A stretch of DNA of 45,123 nucleotides from an uncultured Eubacteriales bacterium (GTDB lineage: Bacteria; Bacillota; Clostridia; Christensenellales; UBA1242). The position numbers and the translations under genes are program-made. Below, piece by piece: positions 26,504 through 36,785 of the stretch. Each line of letters begins with the position of its first letter. The first letter of the stretch is position 1. The notes beneath the pieces are model-generated. The model made no database searches. It saw only the letters and a list, made by a program, of their open reading frames with translations, and was not told the origin of the DNA. The stretch lies in assembly GCA_900557645.1 (NCBI GenBank), contig USSZ01000002.1:1-45123 (forward strand), in the 5' to 3' direction.

Positions 26504-28951
26504 TTATTTATTATTTAAAGATGCAAGTTCTTTGATCAAATCTTCAAGCCTTTTGTTGATTTTGGCAAGTTCTTCTTCAGATTCTCCATTTTCTCGTGCG
26601 TTGTTTGCTTGTTCTTGTAAAGATTCAATACTTTTCATAATCTCATCTTTTTCTTTATCAATTTCATTCAAATTATCTTGATTCAATACCTGATTTATTT
26701 GAGAATTGATTGTTTCTTTCATATTATTCAATTTTTCTTCTTCATCATTAATTAAATCATTAATTTTTGAAATAGAATCGTTTGTATCCTCTGTATTTGG
26801 TTGAACTTTTCTTGGGCGACCACGTCCTCGTTTTGGCTCTTGCGATTTATTTTTTTCTTCTTCTGTAATAACTTTTTTTGGGCGACCACGTCCTCGTTTT
26901 GGAGCATCTACATCAGTTGTATTAGATTTTGCTGGTTTATTTTCTGTTGTAGGTTTATCAGCAGATTCTGTAGTTTCAGTTTTTCTAGGACGTCCACGTC
27001 CTCGTTTTGGTTCTTGTAATTTATTTTTTTCTTCTTCTGTTACAACCTTTCTTGGGCGACCACGTCCCCTCTTATGTTCAACTTCTTCACCTTCAGTTTG
27101 AATAGCACCAACTGATTCTTCTTTCTTTTCTTCAGAATTTTGAACAGCAACATCAGTTGTTTCTTCACTAGCATCTTTGTTTACTGCATCTTCAATAAGT
27201 CTTTCAAGACTATTATCAACATCAGGTTTCTTTGTAATTTCTTCAAATGTATTTTCAATAACTGGTTGAATGTTCTCTTCTTTTGGTTCAACAATCTCTT
27301 CACTCTTTTGATTTTCATCAACATAAGCACCGAAAGAATTAATTTGATCATTGACGATTTGTTGCTCTTCTTTTTGCTTTAATTCTTCAGGATTTTCATC
27401 TTTAGAAACTAATACACCATTCATATCATATACTTTTCCGTCAACATCATGGAAAAATCCTTCAGTGTCATGGAAAGAACCGTCTGCATAGATGAAATTT
27501 CCTTGTTCATCATAATGTCCTTCAGGTGTTTGAGTATTTTGTTGATATTCAGGATCAAATTGACTTAAACGAGATCTTAAAGTTACATTTTCATCCATAA
27601 GTCGTTTTATTTGAGTTTGAACATTAATAAGTTCTTCTTCGTTTTTATCTCTTTCTTTCACAAGATTATTTTTCTCTTCAATAACTTTCTTTTCTGCAAC
27701 TTTATATGCACTTCTCATGACTTTTTCAAAGAATGAACGATATTCTGATACCATACCTTTTGTTGCAACTTCAAGGCTATCTTTTAAAATCACATTTAAT
27801 TTTTCAATTTCTTTATCAAGTTCATCTTTAGAAGATTTATATCTGCTTTCTTCTTGGTCATAATCTTTTTGAAGTGAAGCCTGTTTGCTTATCTCTTTAT
27901 CTTGTTGTTGTTTTAAAAGTCCTACTTCAATTCTACTTGTTGTTGCAGCCTGTTGTTCAATAAGTTTTTGAATATTTTCTTTTGATGCTTGAATTTTTCT
28001 TTGTAAATCCATCTGAACGTTTTCATAGTTTCTTCTCAAAGCATCTTTTTGTGCTTCTACTTGGGCAATTTGTGAAAGTGTAGTAGTTCTTTTATTTATA
28101 TAAGTTTCACTTTCTTTCATTGCTCTATCAAGAAGTAATGCACCATCAACACCAACATTTTCAAAGTCAAAGTCGGAAGGTTTAACTTCATTTTTCTTTG
28201 CTGATTCAAATTCTTCTTTCGCCTTTCTTGCTCTCTGTTCGTAATATTCACGCAATTGAGGATTTCCATTTTCAATTTCTTTAGCAGTAAATAATAAGTC
28301 AAAGTCTATGTAAGGAGTAAGTTCTGCACAAGCATTAGTCAAAAATCTAGAAAATAAGTGATATAAATGATAAATATCATCTAAATTAATGACACGTTTC
28401 CCTTTGATAAATAAAACAGCAATAAGTCCAAGAAGCAATACAAGTGCTGGATACATAAGGGCATAAGCAACAACTTGTGCTGAAAATGCTTGTGTTGGCT
28501 GAGATGCAAAACCAAGGATTAAACTAATCACTGACCAAACACCAGTCAAAAGCATTAAGTTTCTAACATTATTTTTCCAACTGCTTGTTTTTAATGGTTT
28601 TTCAATAACATTTTCTTCAGTGAGATAATTTGCAGGTCCACCATCTCTATATAAAATATATTGTTGCCAATAATAAACTAAACGTTTTGGACCTTTTTTT
28701 ACTAATGCATTAAATTCTGCAATATTATTTTCATCTATTTTTTTGTTTGTAAAAAGCCATTTATTTAATTTGTCAAGAGACCTTTTTAATCTTGCTTCAT
28801 AAGAAAATATAGTCTTAATTGAAAACAACAAAATAAATAATGCTTCAACCCCCAAGATGATAGCCAAAAATCCAACTATTCCAATAGATTCAAAAATTTG
28901 ATTTAAGAATGTTTTAATTGAACTATCAATGCTACCTAACAATGAAACCAT
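26504..28951 (-). CDS. Membrane-anchored coiled-coil protein with four AT-hook (RGRP) motifs
   Basis: 815-aa ORF. N-terminal hydrophobic helices span aa ~25-190, followed by a long E/K/Q-rich coiled coil. Then come four copies of KRGRGRP(R/K)K and a second coiled coil. Confidence 0.8.
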   Translation of the reverse strand: MVSLLGSIDSSIKTFLNQIFESIGIVGFLAIILGVEALFILLFSIKTIFSYEARLKRSLDKLNKWLFTNKKIDENNIAEFNALVKKGPKRLVYYWQQYILYRDGGPANYLTEENVIEKPLKTSSWKNNVRNLMLLTGVWSVISLILGFASQPTQAFSAQVVAYALMYPALVLLLGLIAVLFIKGKRVINLDDIYHLYHLFSRFLTNACAELTPYIDFDLLFTAKEIENGNPQLREYYEQRARKAKEEFESAKKNEVKPSDFDFENVGVDGALLLDRAMKESETYINKRTTTLSQIAQVEAQKDALRRNYENVQMDLQRKIQASKENIQKLIEQQAATTSRIEVGLLKQQQDKEISKQASLQKDYDQEESRYKSSKDELDKEIEKLNVILKDSLEVATKGMVSEYRSFFEKVMRSAYKVAEKKVIEEKNNLVKERDKNEEELINVQTQIKRLMDENVTLRSRLSQFDPEYQQNTQTPEGHYDEQGNFIYADGSFHDTEGFFHDVDGKVYDMNGVLVSKDENPEELKQKEEQQIVNDQINSFGAYVDENQKSEEIVEPKEENIQPVIENTFEEITKKPDVDNSLERLIEDAVNKDASEETTDVAVQNSEEKKEESVGAIQTEGEEVEHKRGRGRPRKVVTEEEKNKLQEPKRGRGRPRKTETTESADKPTTENKPAKSNTTDVDAPKRGRGRPKKVITEEEKNKSQEPKRGRGRPRKVQPNTEDTNDSISKINDLINDEEEKLNNMKETINSQINQVLNQDNLNEIDKEKDEIMKSIESLQEQANNARENGESEEELAKINKRLEDLIKELASLNNK
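26805..27080 (-). repeat. In-frame coding repeats encoding four AT-hooks
   Basis: Near-identical units cttgggcgaccacgtcctcgttttgg at ~26811, ~26878, ~26985 and ~27051, arranged as a duplicated two-hook module. Confidence 0.85.
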
Positions 28952-29148
28952 ATTAAACCCCTTTTAATTTAGTTTTAGTATAACACATTATTTAATTTTT
29001 TACCAACAAAAATATTAATTTTTCGTATTTTTTTTCAATATTTTTACAATTATTTTTAATAATTATTTTTTTATAACTTATATTGCATTATTATTGACTT
29101 ATCGAGATTTATAATTTAAGCATAGCGTTGTTTATTGAGATAAATAAA

Positions 29149-29174
29149 GGAAATAAATAAATTTATTTCCTTAT
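29149..29174 (-). terminator. Possible terminator after addA
   Basis: Stem aaggaaataaa / tttatttcctt (11 bp, AU-rich) with a T-rich flank. Confidence 0.4.
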
Positions 29175-29197
29175 TTTTTATTATTTTTTATTTTTTA

Positions 29198-32100
29198 TCA
29201 TATTTCAATTACTTTGCCATATTTCAATGACAATAGATATTTTTTATCTATTTTTACATCAAAACCTTTTTCAATAGCAAGACTATATAAATATATCTGC
29301 TTGGAATATCTCTCTTTTATCTTTTCAACATTTTTTTCTGACGTGAATTTATAATCAATCAAAATATTTTCTTCACCTATACTAAATAAATCACAAATAC
29401 CCTGAACAATTATTTCATTTTCACTTTCACTTATACCCACTTCTTTTAGATTGGTTTTCATAATAAATTGTTTTTCTTTGAATACTCTACCATTTTTTAT
29501 AATGGATTTGATTATGGAAATATTTTTAAATAATAAATCTAAATCTATTAAATTGAAATATTCTTCACCTATCCTTTCTTTCAACAAATATTTATCTTTT
29601 TCTAAATCTTCCCTACTTTTTATTTTGTCAAAATCAATGACTTTTAAGGCTTCATGATATGCATTACCTTTTTTTATCGCTTCATCTCGAACAACAATAT
29701 TTTCATCAAAACTTTCACTATTTAAATTTAATAATTGTTTTTCATTAAACTCTTCATTATCTTTATTCATAAGTCCTGAAACAGAATTTTTATATTCGTA
29801 AAAGCAATCAGTATAATTATTATAATTAAACGAAATATAATTATTAATTTCTATATAATTATTTTTAAGTATTTCTAAATTCAAATTATTCTTTTCTATT
29901 TCGATAATATTTTTTTCTTCTATTTCTTCAACAAGGTTAAATTCATAATTTAAGGTTTTTATATGGTTCTGTGATTGAAGTTGACTATAAAAATTTTCTC
30001 CTAGTGCCGAAAAGATTAAATCATAATAACTAGAACAATTAAATATATCTTCTTCTATATTTATATCTTTTTCTTCATTTGTGCCAATTAAAACTAAATG
30101 ATTTTGTGCTCTTGTTAATGCTACATAAAAAATCATAATTTCATCAATAAAATCTTTTCTCTTATTTGAATACTTATTAGCCATAAAAATAGGAGATGGT
30201 TTTCTGATGTTTTCATCGAAATCATAAACATAAGTTCCTAGTCCAAAAACTTTTGAGATATTAAACATATTTCTATTATTTTTCCCAAGTTTCTCTCCAC
30301 AACCTGCAAGAATTACTATTGGATATTCAAGTCCCTTTGTTGCATGAATCGTTGTTATTGTAATTGCATTATTAGAACTTTCAATCATACTTCCTTCTGT
30401 TTTCACTGAATCTAAATAATTTATAAGACCTTGAATATTAAATTCAAAATCTCCTGACTTTATAATTTTAAAAAGTTCATTAATATGACTATTTTTTATA
30501 TTTGAAGATGGTAATGAAGAAAGGTAAAGATTGTAATCTTTTTTCACAAATAAATTTTGCAGTGCCTTTGTAGTGCCGAGTATTTGTTGCTCAAAAGAAA
30601 AATCTTCAATCATTTGAATAAATTCTTTAACTTTTTGATTTTTTAAAGATTGCTCTCTAATTATTTCATAAAAAGCGATATCTTGATTTGATGCACGAAA
30701 CTTTGATAACTCATCTAAACTAAAGCCCCCAAACCAAGAATTCATAACCGAAACAAGTGATATATCATCTTCAAAATTTAAAGATAATTTTAAAATACTT
30801 AATATAACTTGAAGTTGACCATCTTCTAAAAGAGCCTGTTTTATATCAGCAATAATGTTATATCCCTTTTCTTGCATATATCGGACACATTCTTTCATGA
30901 CTTGATTTCTTTCTCTAAAAAGAATTGCGATATCATTTTCTCTAACTTTTCTCCATTCTTTTCTTTTAGCATCGTAAATTTCACTTTGCAAAAATTGTTC
31001 AACTTTTATACATATATCTTTAACTTCGTTTTCAAATTTCCTGGTAAATATTATATCATCAGCCTTTACACTGTAAACACCACTAACATCTTTTTCTTCT
31101 TCCTCTTTTGGCACAACAATATCAACCATTACTGCTGGCAAACCATTGGTTTTAAATTCGCTTAAACCTTTTAACATTGATGTTTTTTTATAATCAATAC
31201 CTACACTTTCAATAGTCATAATTTTTTCAAAGATACTATTTACAAACTGAAGTAATTTATCATCAGACCTAAAATTTCCTGTCAAATACAATGCTTGTCC
31301 ATCTTTTGCTTTATCAAAGTCTTTAATGTCGTTCGTCATTATTTCCATGCTCGCATTTCTAAAGCCATATATCCCTTGTTTTGGATCTCCCACAGCAACA
31401 AAGTTTCCACCTTCTGCAATAGGCTTTATAATACTTGATTGCAATCTATTTGTGTCTTGATATTCATCAATAAAAATATAATCATATCTAGACTGCAATT
31501 CTTTTTTTACTTCTTCATCTTCAAGCAAGAATCTTGATTGTTTCTCAAGGTCTGAAAAATCAACTCCCCTTTTTATTGATTTTAATTTATTATATTCTTT
31601 TTGATATTCTTTAAAAATCAAAATCAAAGCCTTGGAAATTATATTTTCTTTAATACCATCTTTTAATGTTTGACTTACTTCATCATATTGTAAAGTTATT
31701 TTCTGAATTTCTTTTTCGTTATCTCGAATTTTTACCAAACTTTTTTTATAATCTAAATCAGAAATTTTATTTCTTGGCAAAGGCATAAAGACAAATTCAT
31801 TTATTTTTTGACAATTATCAAAAAATTTTTCACTATTATCACTTAAAGATAAATTACAAAAATCTAGCAAATTCTCTTTAAAATTGATAAATGCTTTAAC
31901 ATCACAATCACCTATAGTCATCAACTTTTCTTTTATATTTTTAATCTTATTTATGATTAAATCGTTCAAAAATTTAAAAGAATTTTTTACATAATCATTA
32001 CTTGATTTTTCAAAACTATCTAAAAGTTCTTGTGGTTTATCTTGACTATCAAAGAAATTTTGCATATTGATAATAATATTAAATATTTGATCTTTATTCT

Positions 32101-32569
32101 TTTTAAATGCAAAATATAAATCTTCAAATGCTTTATTTTTTTCTTGAGCAAGTTTATCAAAAACATGATTAAAACTTAAAAATTTAAGATTTTTACTAGA
32201 TTTTTCATCTAAAACAACAAAATTATCATCAATTTCAATTTTATTTATATTTCTTTTTAAAAGTTTTTCACAAAAAGCATCTATGGTAGATATATCACTA
32301 ATTGATATGTCATCAAGTTGTTCGATCAAAAACTCATCTCTTTTTTGCTCAAGAATTGCTTTTGTCAATCTTGTTTTCATTTCTCCTGCCGCTGCTTTTG
32401 TAAATGTCAAAACAAGCATACGTGAGATAGGAACTCTTTGCTGGCAGATGAGTTTTATTAAATATTCAATCACGACAAAAGTTTTTCCACTTCCTGCTGA
32501 AGCCGAAACAATTAATTTCTTTTTATCATTATTAAGAATCTTTTGTTGTTCTTCTGTTAATTTACTCAT
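29198..32569 (-). CDS. addA: ATP-dependent helicase/nuclease subunit A (AddA/RexA)
   Basis: UvrD-like motifs SASAGSGKTFV, FIDEYQDT and TIHATKGLEYP. C-terminal RecB-type nuclease GICDLF..LIDYKF. Confidence 0.95.
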   Translation of the reverse strand: MSKLTEEQQKILNNDKKKLIVSASAGSGKTFVVIEYLIKLICQQRVPISRMLVLTFTKAAAGEMKTRLTKAILEQKRDEFLIEQLDDISISDISTIDAFCEKLLKRNINKIEIDDNFVVLDEKSSKNLKFLSFNHVFDKLAQEKNKAFEDLYFAFKKNKDQIFNIIINMQNFFDSQDKPQELLDSFEKSSNDYVKNSFKFLNDLIINKIKNIKEKLMTIGDCDVKAFINFKENLLDFCNLSLSDNSEKFFDNCQKINEFVFMPLPRNKISDLDYKKSLVKIRDNEKEIQKITLQYDEVSQTLKDGIKENIISKALILIFKEYQKEYNKLKSIKRGVDFSDLEKQSRFLLEDEEVKKELQSRYDYIFIDEYQDTNRLQSSIIKPIAEGGNFVAVGDPKQGIYGFRNASMEIMTNDIKDFDKAKDGQALYLTGNFRSDDKLLQFVNSIFEKIMTIESVGIDYKKTSMLKGLSEFKTNGLPAVMVDIVVPKEEEEKDVSGVYSVKADDIIFTRKFENEVKDICIKVEQFLQSEIYDAKRKEWRKVRENDIAILFRERNQVMKECVRYMQEKGYNIIADIKQALLEDGQLQVILSILKLSLNFEDDISLVSVMNSWFGGFSLDELSKFRASNQDIAFYEIIREQSLKNQKVKEFIQMIEDFSFEQQILGTTKALQNLFVKKDYNLYLSSLPSSNIKNSHINELFKIIKSGDFEFNIQGLINYLDSVKTEGSMIESSNNAITITTIHATKGLEYPIVILAGCGEKLGKNNRNMFNISKVFGLGTYVYDFDENIRKPSPIFMANKYSNKRKDFIDEIMIFYVALTRAQNHLVLIGTNEEKDINIEEDIFNCSSYYDLIFSALGENFYSQLQSQNHIKTLNYEFNLVEEIEEKNIIEIEKNNLNLEILKNNYIEINNYISFNYNNYTDCFYEYKNSVSGLMNKDNEEFNEKQLLNLNSESFDENIVVRDEAIKKGNAYHEALKVIDFDKIKSREDLEKDKYLLKERIGEEYFNLIDLDLLFKNISIIKSIIKNGRVFKEKQFIMKTNLKEVGISESENEIIVQGICDLFSIGEENILIDYKFTSEKNVEKIKERYSKQIYLYSLAIEKGFDVKIDKKYLLSLKYGKVIEI

Positions 32570-35500
32570 CTTCTCCTACTTTAAAATCTCCTATTTTGTT
32601 GTGTCTTCTTTCTCCATTTATTTTTTCAAATAAACAAATTGGCAAATATGAACAATACTGACAAGCATTTTCATAAGGTTTTGCTTCAATGTATCCTTCT
32701 AAAATTTCATCTACGGCATTATCTGCAACTTTCTTTGCATAATTTTCATATACTTCTAAATCTTCTTTAGCAATCGCATTCCCCTTATACTTTCCATTTT
32801 TACCAGTTGTGCTAAACGAAATATTTAAAATTTTGCTTTTGCCATCTTTAATTAAATTTGTATCAAATTTTTCAATTATATCATCATCTTTACGAACAAT
32901 TCCTTTAAGCAAAACTTTATCATCATCAGTTTGGGCATAATCAAATTTAGCATTAAAATAAAATATTCCTGCTGGCTTTTTATTTATTTTATCCCTAACT
33001 GTCTTTTGATATAAAAATAGTTGTAATTTATTCCCATAATACAATTCTTTAAGCAAACTCCCAGTTCTTCCAGTTTTATAATCAATAATCCTAAAATAAT
33101 CTCCAAACTCATCAATTCTGTCAGCCTTTCCAATCATTTTAATTTGTTGCTTATTGCCCAAAGTCAAATTATCAAATTTCATTTCTATGTATTTTGGTTT
33201 AAATAACGAACTTCGCATCTCTCTCAAAATATCTTCAACAACACTTTTAAGTTGTTTCTTTAAAAAATTAATTAAACTATATTTCTCGTCAGTCGCATCA
33301 ATTTTCTCTTGCAAAGATTCATCTTGAATAATATTTTCAAAATTATTGTCAACAAATTGTTTTGCTTCGATATCTAAATTATAATTATCCTTAATTATAT
33401 GTTGGACTAAAACTTCTGCACATCTATGACAAATATTTCCAATATCTCTTGCGTCAAATTGATATAATTGTTTCTCTTGAATTTTTAATCCATAACTTAA
33501 AAAATGTTTAAATGGACAAGAAAAATATTGTTCTATTTGTGTAACCCTTATTTTATTATTGTAAAAATATAAATTATAACAATCTTGAGAAATTTGTTTT
33601 TTATTGATATCAATTTCTTCAAAAGGTAGCAATTTATTAAGATTATATAAAGATTTTATAACTTTATCCATTTTTGAATAATATTCATCAATAAAATTAT
33701 TTTTATTGCCAAGTGAAAGTTTTATGTTTTTTATGTCTTTCACATATTTTAAATCGAAAATATTAGAAACTCGGACAACATCTGTTGAAAATATATTATT
33801 TAAAGATTCTGCAAATGTTGGAAGTTCGTTTTTCTTTCCTTCTTCATTAAGTGCTTGATAAAACAGAAACAATTTATCCTTTGCAAGTGTCAAAAGATTG
33901 AAAAGTCTAAATCTATTTCTTCTATTAATCATTCTAATTGTCGGCTCAATTTTTTTATTATCAAAACTATATTTAATATCTTCATCACTTAAAAGTCCAT
34001 TATCGCTAGTTTGAATAGGAAGGTTCTGACAACCTAAAACAAAAATGATTTTACTATCTAAACAACTGCTTGTTGTTGCATCACCCACAAGAATTCCATC
34101 AACAAAAGATGGAACAGTTGAAACTTGCTTAAAAGACATAAGCAAATTAAATTTTTTTAAATAATCAGATATGCTAATCTCGTCTGTTTGATATTTTTCA
34201 ATTAAAGATAAAGTTTCTTTAATTATTTCAAATACTTGTAAGTTTATATTTTTTTCCTTTAAAAAATTCTTTTCATTTAAAATAGTCATAACATTATCGA
34301 ACTGTTCTTTTATTTGCGAGCATAGTTTCAAAACAACTTGTGAAAAATCAGAAGCCTTTTTCGCATTAGATAAATCTTCTAAAATATCATCATATTTAAA
34401 ATCTTTTGCTAAATACTTTTTATATTTATATTTTCCTTCAACCATATATGCTTGACATTTTGAAACAAGAGAAGAGTTCTGTCCGAGTAAAATATTAGAA
34501 AATAAACTTATCAATTTGTCGTTTGGATATCCCATAATAACAGTATCAAAAAAATCATTTATCAAAATGCCCAAAAGCGTTTTGTCGGCTGTTATTGATG
34601 AATCAATATAATAAGGAAAATTAAATTTTTTAAATATAATTTCTATAAAATTTTGATATTTAGACAAATCACTTGTCATTATCACAAAATCTTTATAGGA
34701 ATATCCCAAAGTCGTAAAATAATAAATAAGTTTACTTGTTGTAACGATTTCTTCTGTTAAATTGTTTGAAACAAAAATACTATAATATCCTTTATTTTCG
34801 CATTTGACTTTTTCATAACTATAAAGCCCTTGAATAATTGCTTGTTTCTCTGGAGAAAAATTTCCTTTTCGATGAACAACAGTAGCATTGCAATTAAGTT
34901 CTTTTGAAATATTTATAAGTTTTTGATAAATATCTTTTTCGTAAATATAATCATTTCCGATAGAAATAGATTGCGACAAACTTATATTTACTTCATTTGA
35001 AGTTTCAACCAAAACTTTTATAAGTTCATATGCCTCAGAAGTAAAACTCTCAAATTCAGCAAAATAAAATTTTGTTTTAGACAATATATCATTTTTCTTA
35101 ATCACTTCACACAAAAGCGATAATCTTTCATTTGCATCTAATTTCCCTTGCAGAAGATTTTGGTATTCTCGATATATTAAAGCAATGTCATGATATTTTG
35201 CACCTGCCATACCTTTTATATTTTTTTGTCTTTCTAAATCATCTACAGAAATTTTTGAACTTTTAAGTTGAGCAATTATTTTATTTATCTCATAACAAAA
35301 CGCAATATTGTTTTTTTTAAGAGTTAAGAAATCTTTTTTAGTATTTTCTATTGCTTTTTCAGTTAAAAGTAAACATTCTCCACTTGTAAGAACATCGACT
35401 TTAATATTAAGTTTTTTAAAAATTTCACTTGCCAGAGACGTTAACCCTACAACTCTTACATTAAATAATGCTTTTTTAGGCAACACGTTGAGAATCAGTT

Positions 35501-35633
35501 TTTCCATTTGTAATGAGTATTTGTCTGGCACAACTAAAACATGGTCAAAAGAAATATCACTATTATCAATAGTTTCAATCATATCCTTTGTTGCATCTAA
35601 TGTTGTGTTATTTATATAAAGTTTAATTTGCAT
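32562..35633 (-). CDS. addB: Helicase/nuclease subunit B (AddB/RexB type, no Walker A)
   Basis: The gene overlaps the addA start by 8 nt. Nuclease motif GKADRID...RIIDYKTG. Fe-S staple cysteines CPFKHF plus CQYCSYLPIC. Confidence 0.9.
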   Translation of the reverse strand: MQIKLYINNTTLDATKDMIETIDNSDISFDHVLVVPDKYSLQMEKLILNVLPKKALFNVRVVGLTSLASEIFKKLNIKVDVLTSGECLLLTEKAIENTKKDFLTLKKNNIAFCYEINKIIAQLKSSKISVDDLERQKNIKGMAGAKYHDIALIYREYQNLLQGKLDANERLSLLCEVIKKNDILSKTKFYFAEFESFTSEAYELIKVLVETSNEVNISLSQSISIGNDYIYEKDIYQKLINISKELNCNATVVHRKGNFSPEKQAIIQGLYSYEKVKCENKGYYSIFVSNNLTEEIVTTSKLIYYFTTLGYSYKDFVIMTSDLSKYQNFIEIIFKKFNFPYYIDSSITADKTLLGILINDFFDTVIMGYPNDKLISLFSNILLGQNSSLVSKCQAYMVEGKYKYKKYLAKDFKYDDILEDLSNAKKASDFSQVVLKLCSQIKEQFDNVMTILNEKNFLKEKNINLQVFEIIKETLSLIEKYQTDEISISDYLKKFNLLMSFKQVSTVPSFVDGILVGDATTSSCLDSKIIFVLGCQNLPIQTSDNGLLSDEDIKYSFDNKKIEPTIRMINRRNRFRLFNLLTLAKDKLFLFYQALNEEGKKNELPTFAESLNNIFSTDVVRVSNIFDLKYVKDIKNIKLSLGNKNNFIDEYYSKMDKVIKSLYNLNKLLPFEEIDINKKQISQDCYNLYFYNNKIRVTQIEQYFSCPFKHFLSYGLKIQEKQLYQFDARDIGNICHRCAEVLVQHIIKDNYNLDIEAKQFVDNNFENIIQDESLQEKIDATDEKYSLINFLKKQLKSVVEDILREMRSSLFKPKYIEMKFDNLTLGNKQQIKMIGKADRIDEFGDYFRIIDYKTGRTGSLLKELYYGNKLQLFLYQKTVRDKINKKPAGIFYFNAKFDYAQTDDDKVLLKGIVRKDDDIIEKFDTNLIKDGKSKILNISFSTTGKNGKYKGNAIAKEDLEVYENYAKKVADNAVDEILEGYIEAKPYENACQYCSYLPICLFEKINGERRHNKIGDFKVGEDE

Positions 35634-35729
35634 AGATTTATTTTATCACATAAACTGTAAAAAAAAAAGAAAAGTTTATAATTTTAAAACAAGTCGCTGT
35701 TTTAAAATCTTACCTTTCTTTTCTCACAC

Positions 35730-36503
35730 CTATAATTCATCTGCAATTTTCTCTGACTTTCTTTTTTCGAGTTTTTCTCTTAATGCTGTTGCTTTAGCAC
35801 ATTTTAATTTAATCATATTTGTCATTAATTTTGTATTTTCGTTTTTTAATTTTATAAATTCATTTTTCAAATCTTTATATTCTTTTTCTTTGTTATGAAG
35901 TTCTAAAATTGCTTTTCTTAATTCTTTATTTGCATTTTCAAAGTCAGCCTTAACTTTATCAGTAATCTCTTCAAGTGTATTTCTTTTCACGAGTCGAACA
36001 AGCCCCATAAACAAAGATTGAATTTCTGTGTCAGTCAAAGTAGTCCTCTTTTTGGTAAATTTTATAATTTTTTCACTGTCTATATTTTCATTGGTTTGCG
36101 AACGATTTTTAGCAATAAAGTTTCTATACTTGTTTTGATAACGAAGCATTTGTCCAACATCACCTTTTGATAAAGATAAACATGCTCTGCGAACACTCAT
36201 TCCACTTTGAACCAAATTATCAATTTGTTTAAGAAGGTCTTCTTCCTCTTGTTTAGAAAAATATACAATAGAAGATTTTTCATGTTTTGCAAGGTCAATT
36301 TTAAGTTTTTCTAATCGTTTTTTATCCTTTGATAAGTTATCTATTTCATGATAATAATAATTACGAACACTATTAGGCTTACGATTATACTTTTTTGCAT
36401 GATTTAAAAAAGCATTTTTAAGAGGTTTATTATCATCTTTTATTTGTTCTACCTCTGAAAATAAATCTTTAACTTCTTGATTTTTCCATATTCCTTTTTT
36501 CAT
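35730..36503 (-). CDS. Myb/SANT-like (RsfA-family-like) DNA-binding protein with a coiled-coil C-terminus
   Basis: N-terminus KKGIWKNQEVKDLF...NRKPNSVRNYYYHEI resembles RsfA/Myb repeats. The ATG at 36503 has GGAG 7 nt upstream. The track start is a TTG at 36533. Confidence 0.55.
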   Translation of the reverse strand: MKKGIWKNQEVKDLFSEVEQIKDDNKPLKNAFLNHAKKYNRKPNSVRNYYYHEIDNLSKDKKRLEKLKIDLAKHEKSSIVYFSKQEEEDLLKQIDNLVQSGMSVRRACLSLSKGDVGQMLRYQNKYRNFIAKNRSQTNENIDSEKIIKFTKKRTTLTDTEIQSLFMGLVRLVKRNTLEEITDKVKADFENANKELRKAILELHNKEKEYKDLKNEFIKLKNENTKLMTNMIKLKCAKATALREKLEKRKSEKIADEL

Positions 36504-36593
36504 ATTTTTTCTCCTTGCATAGTTTATAGACAAATTAAAAAGATTTTATACAACGAATATAATAATTTTTAACATTTTTTTTATTTACAGAAA

Positions 36594-36618
36594 TCGAACT
36601 TGCTTGCAAGAGTGAGAC
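36594..36618 (-). repeat. 25-bp exact repeat, copy B (reverse complement of 11931-11955)
   Basis: TCGAACTTGCTTGCAAGAGTGAGAC on the plus strand, 25/25 identity to the reverse complement of copy A. Confidence 0.95.
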
Positions 36619-36785
36619 TGGCATTTTTTTTAACTGTGATAACATATTTTATGTGTAAATTGTATTATCAAGCATTAATTTTAACTCGTTTAAATTTCAA
36701 CATCGCCATGTTTATATTTTGAAAACAAGTTATATAAATAAAAAATATTTCATATTTTAATTAATAAAAGGTATATGGTTAAATT

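Noticed and set aside
26801-27382. Repeated ~26-nt units that could suggest a CRISPR-like or tandem-repeat array, plus plus-strand ORFs at 26801-27019 and 27140-27382.
   Set aside because: The repeats are irregularly spaced, lie in frame within the 815-aa minus-strand ORF, and each encodes KRGRGRP(R/K)K. The plus-strand ORFs are antisense artefacts.
11931-36618. The 25-bp inverted repeats as terminal inverted repeats of a mobile element or boundaries of an invertible segment.
   Set aside because: The 24.6-kb interior is housekeeping (spo0A, pflBA, addAB, yqeY, tRNA-Met). It has no transposase, integrase or invertase, and no target-site duplication is visible. An operator or leader-motif reading fits better. 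Inversion is not formally excluded.
36594-36625. A sigma-54 (-24/-12) reading of TGCCAG...TTGCA in the 25-mer region.
   Set aside because: There is no GG at -24, the spacing is 9 nt instead of the consensus 5 nt between TGGCAC and TTGCA, and copy A lacks the upstream element.
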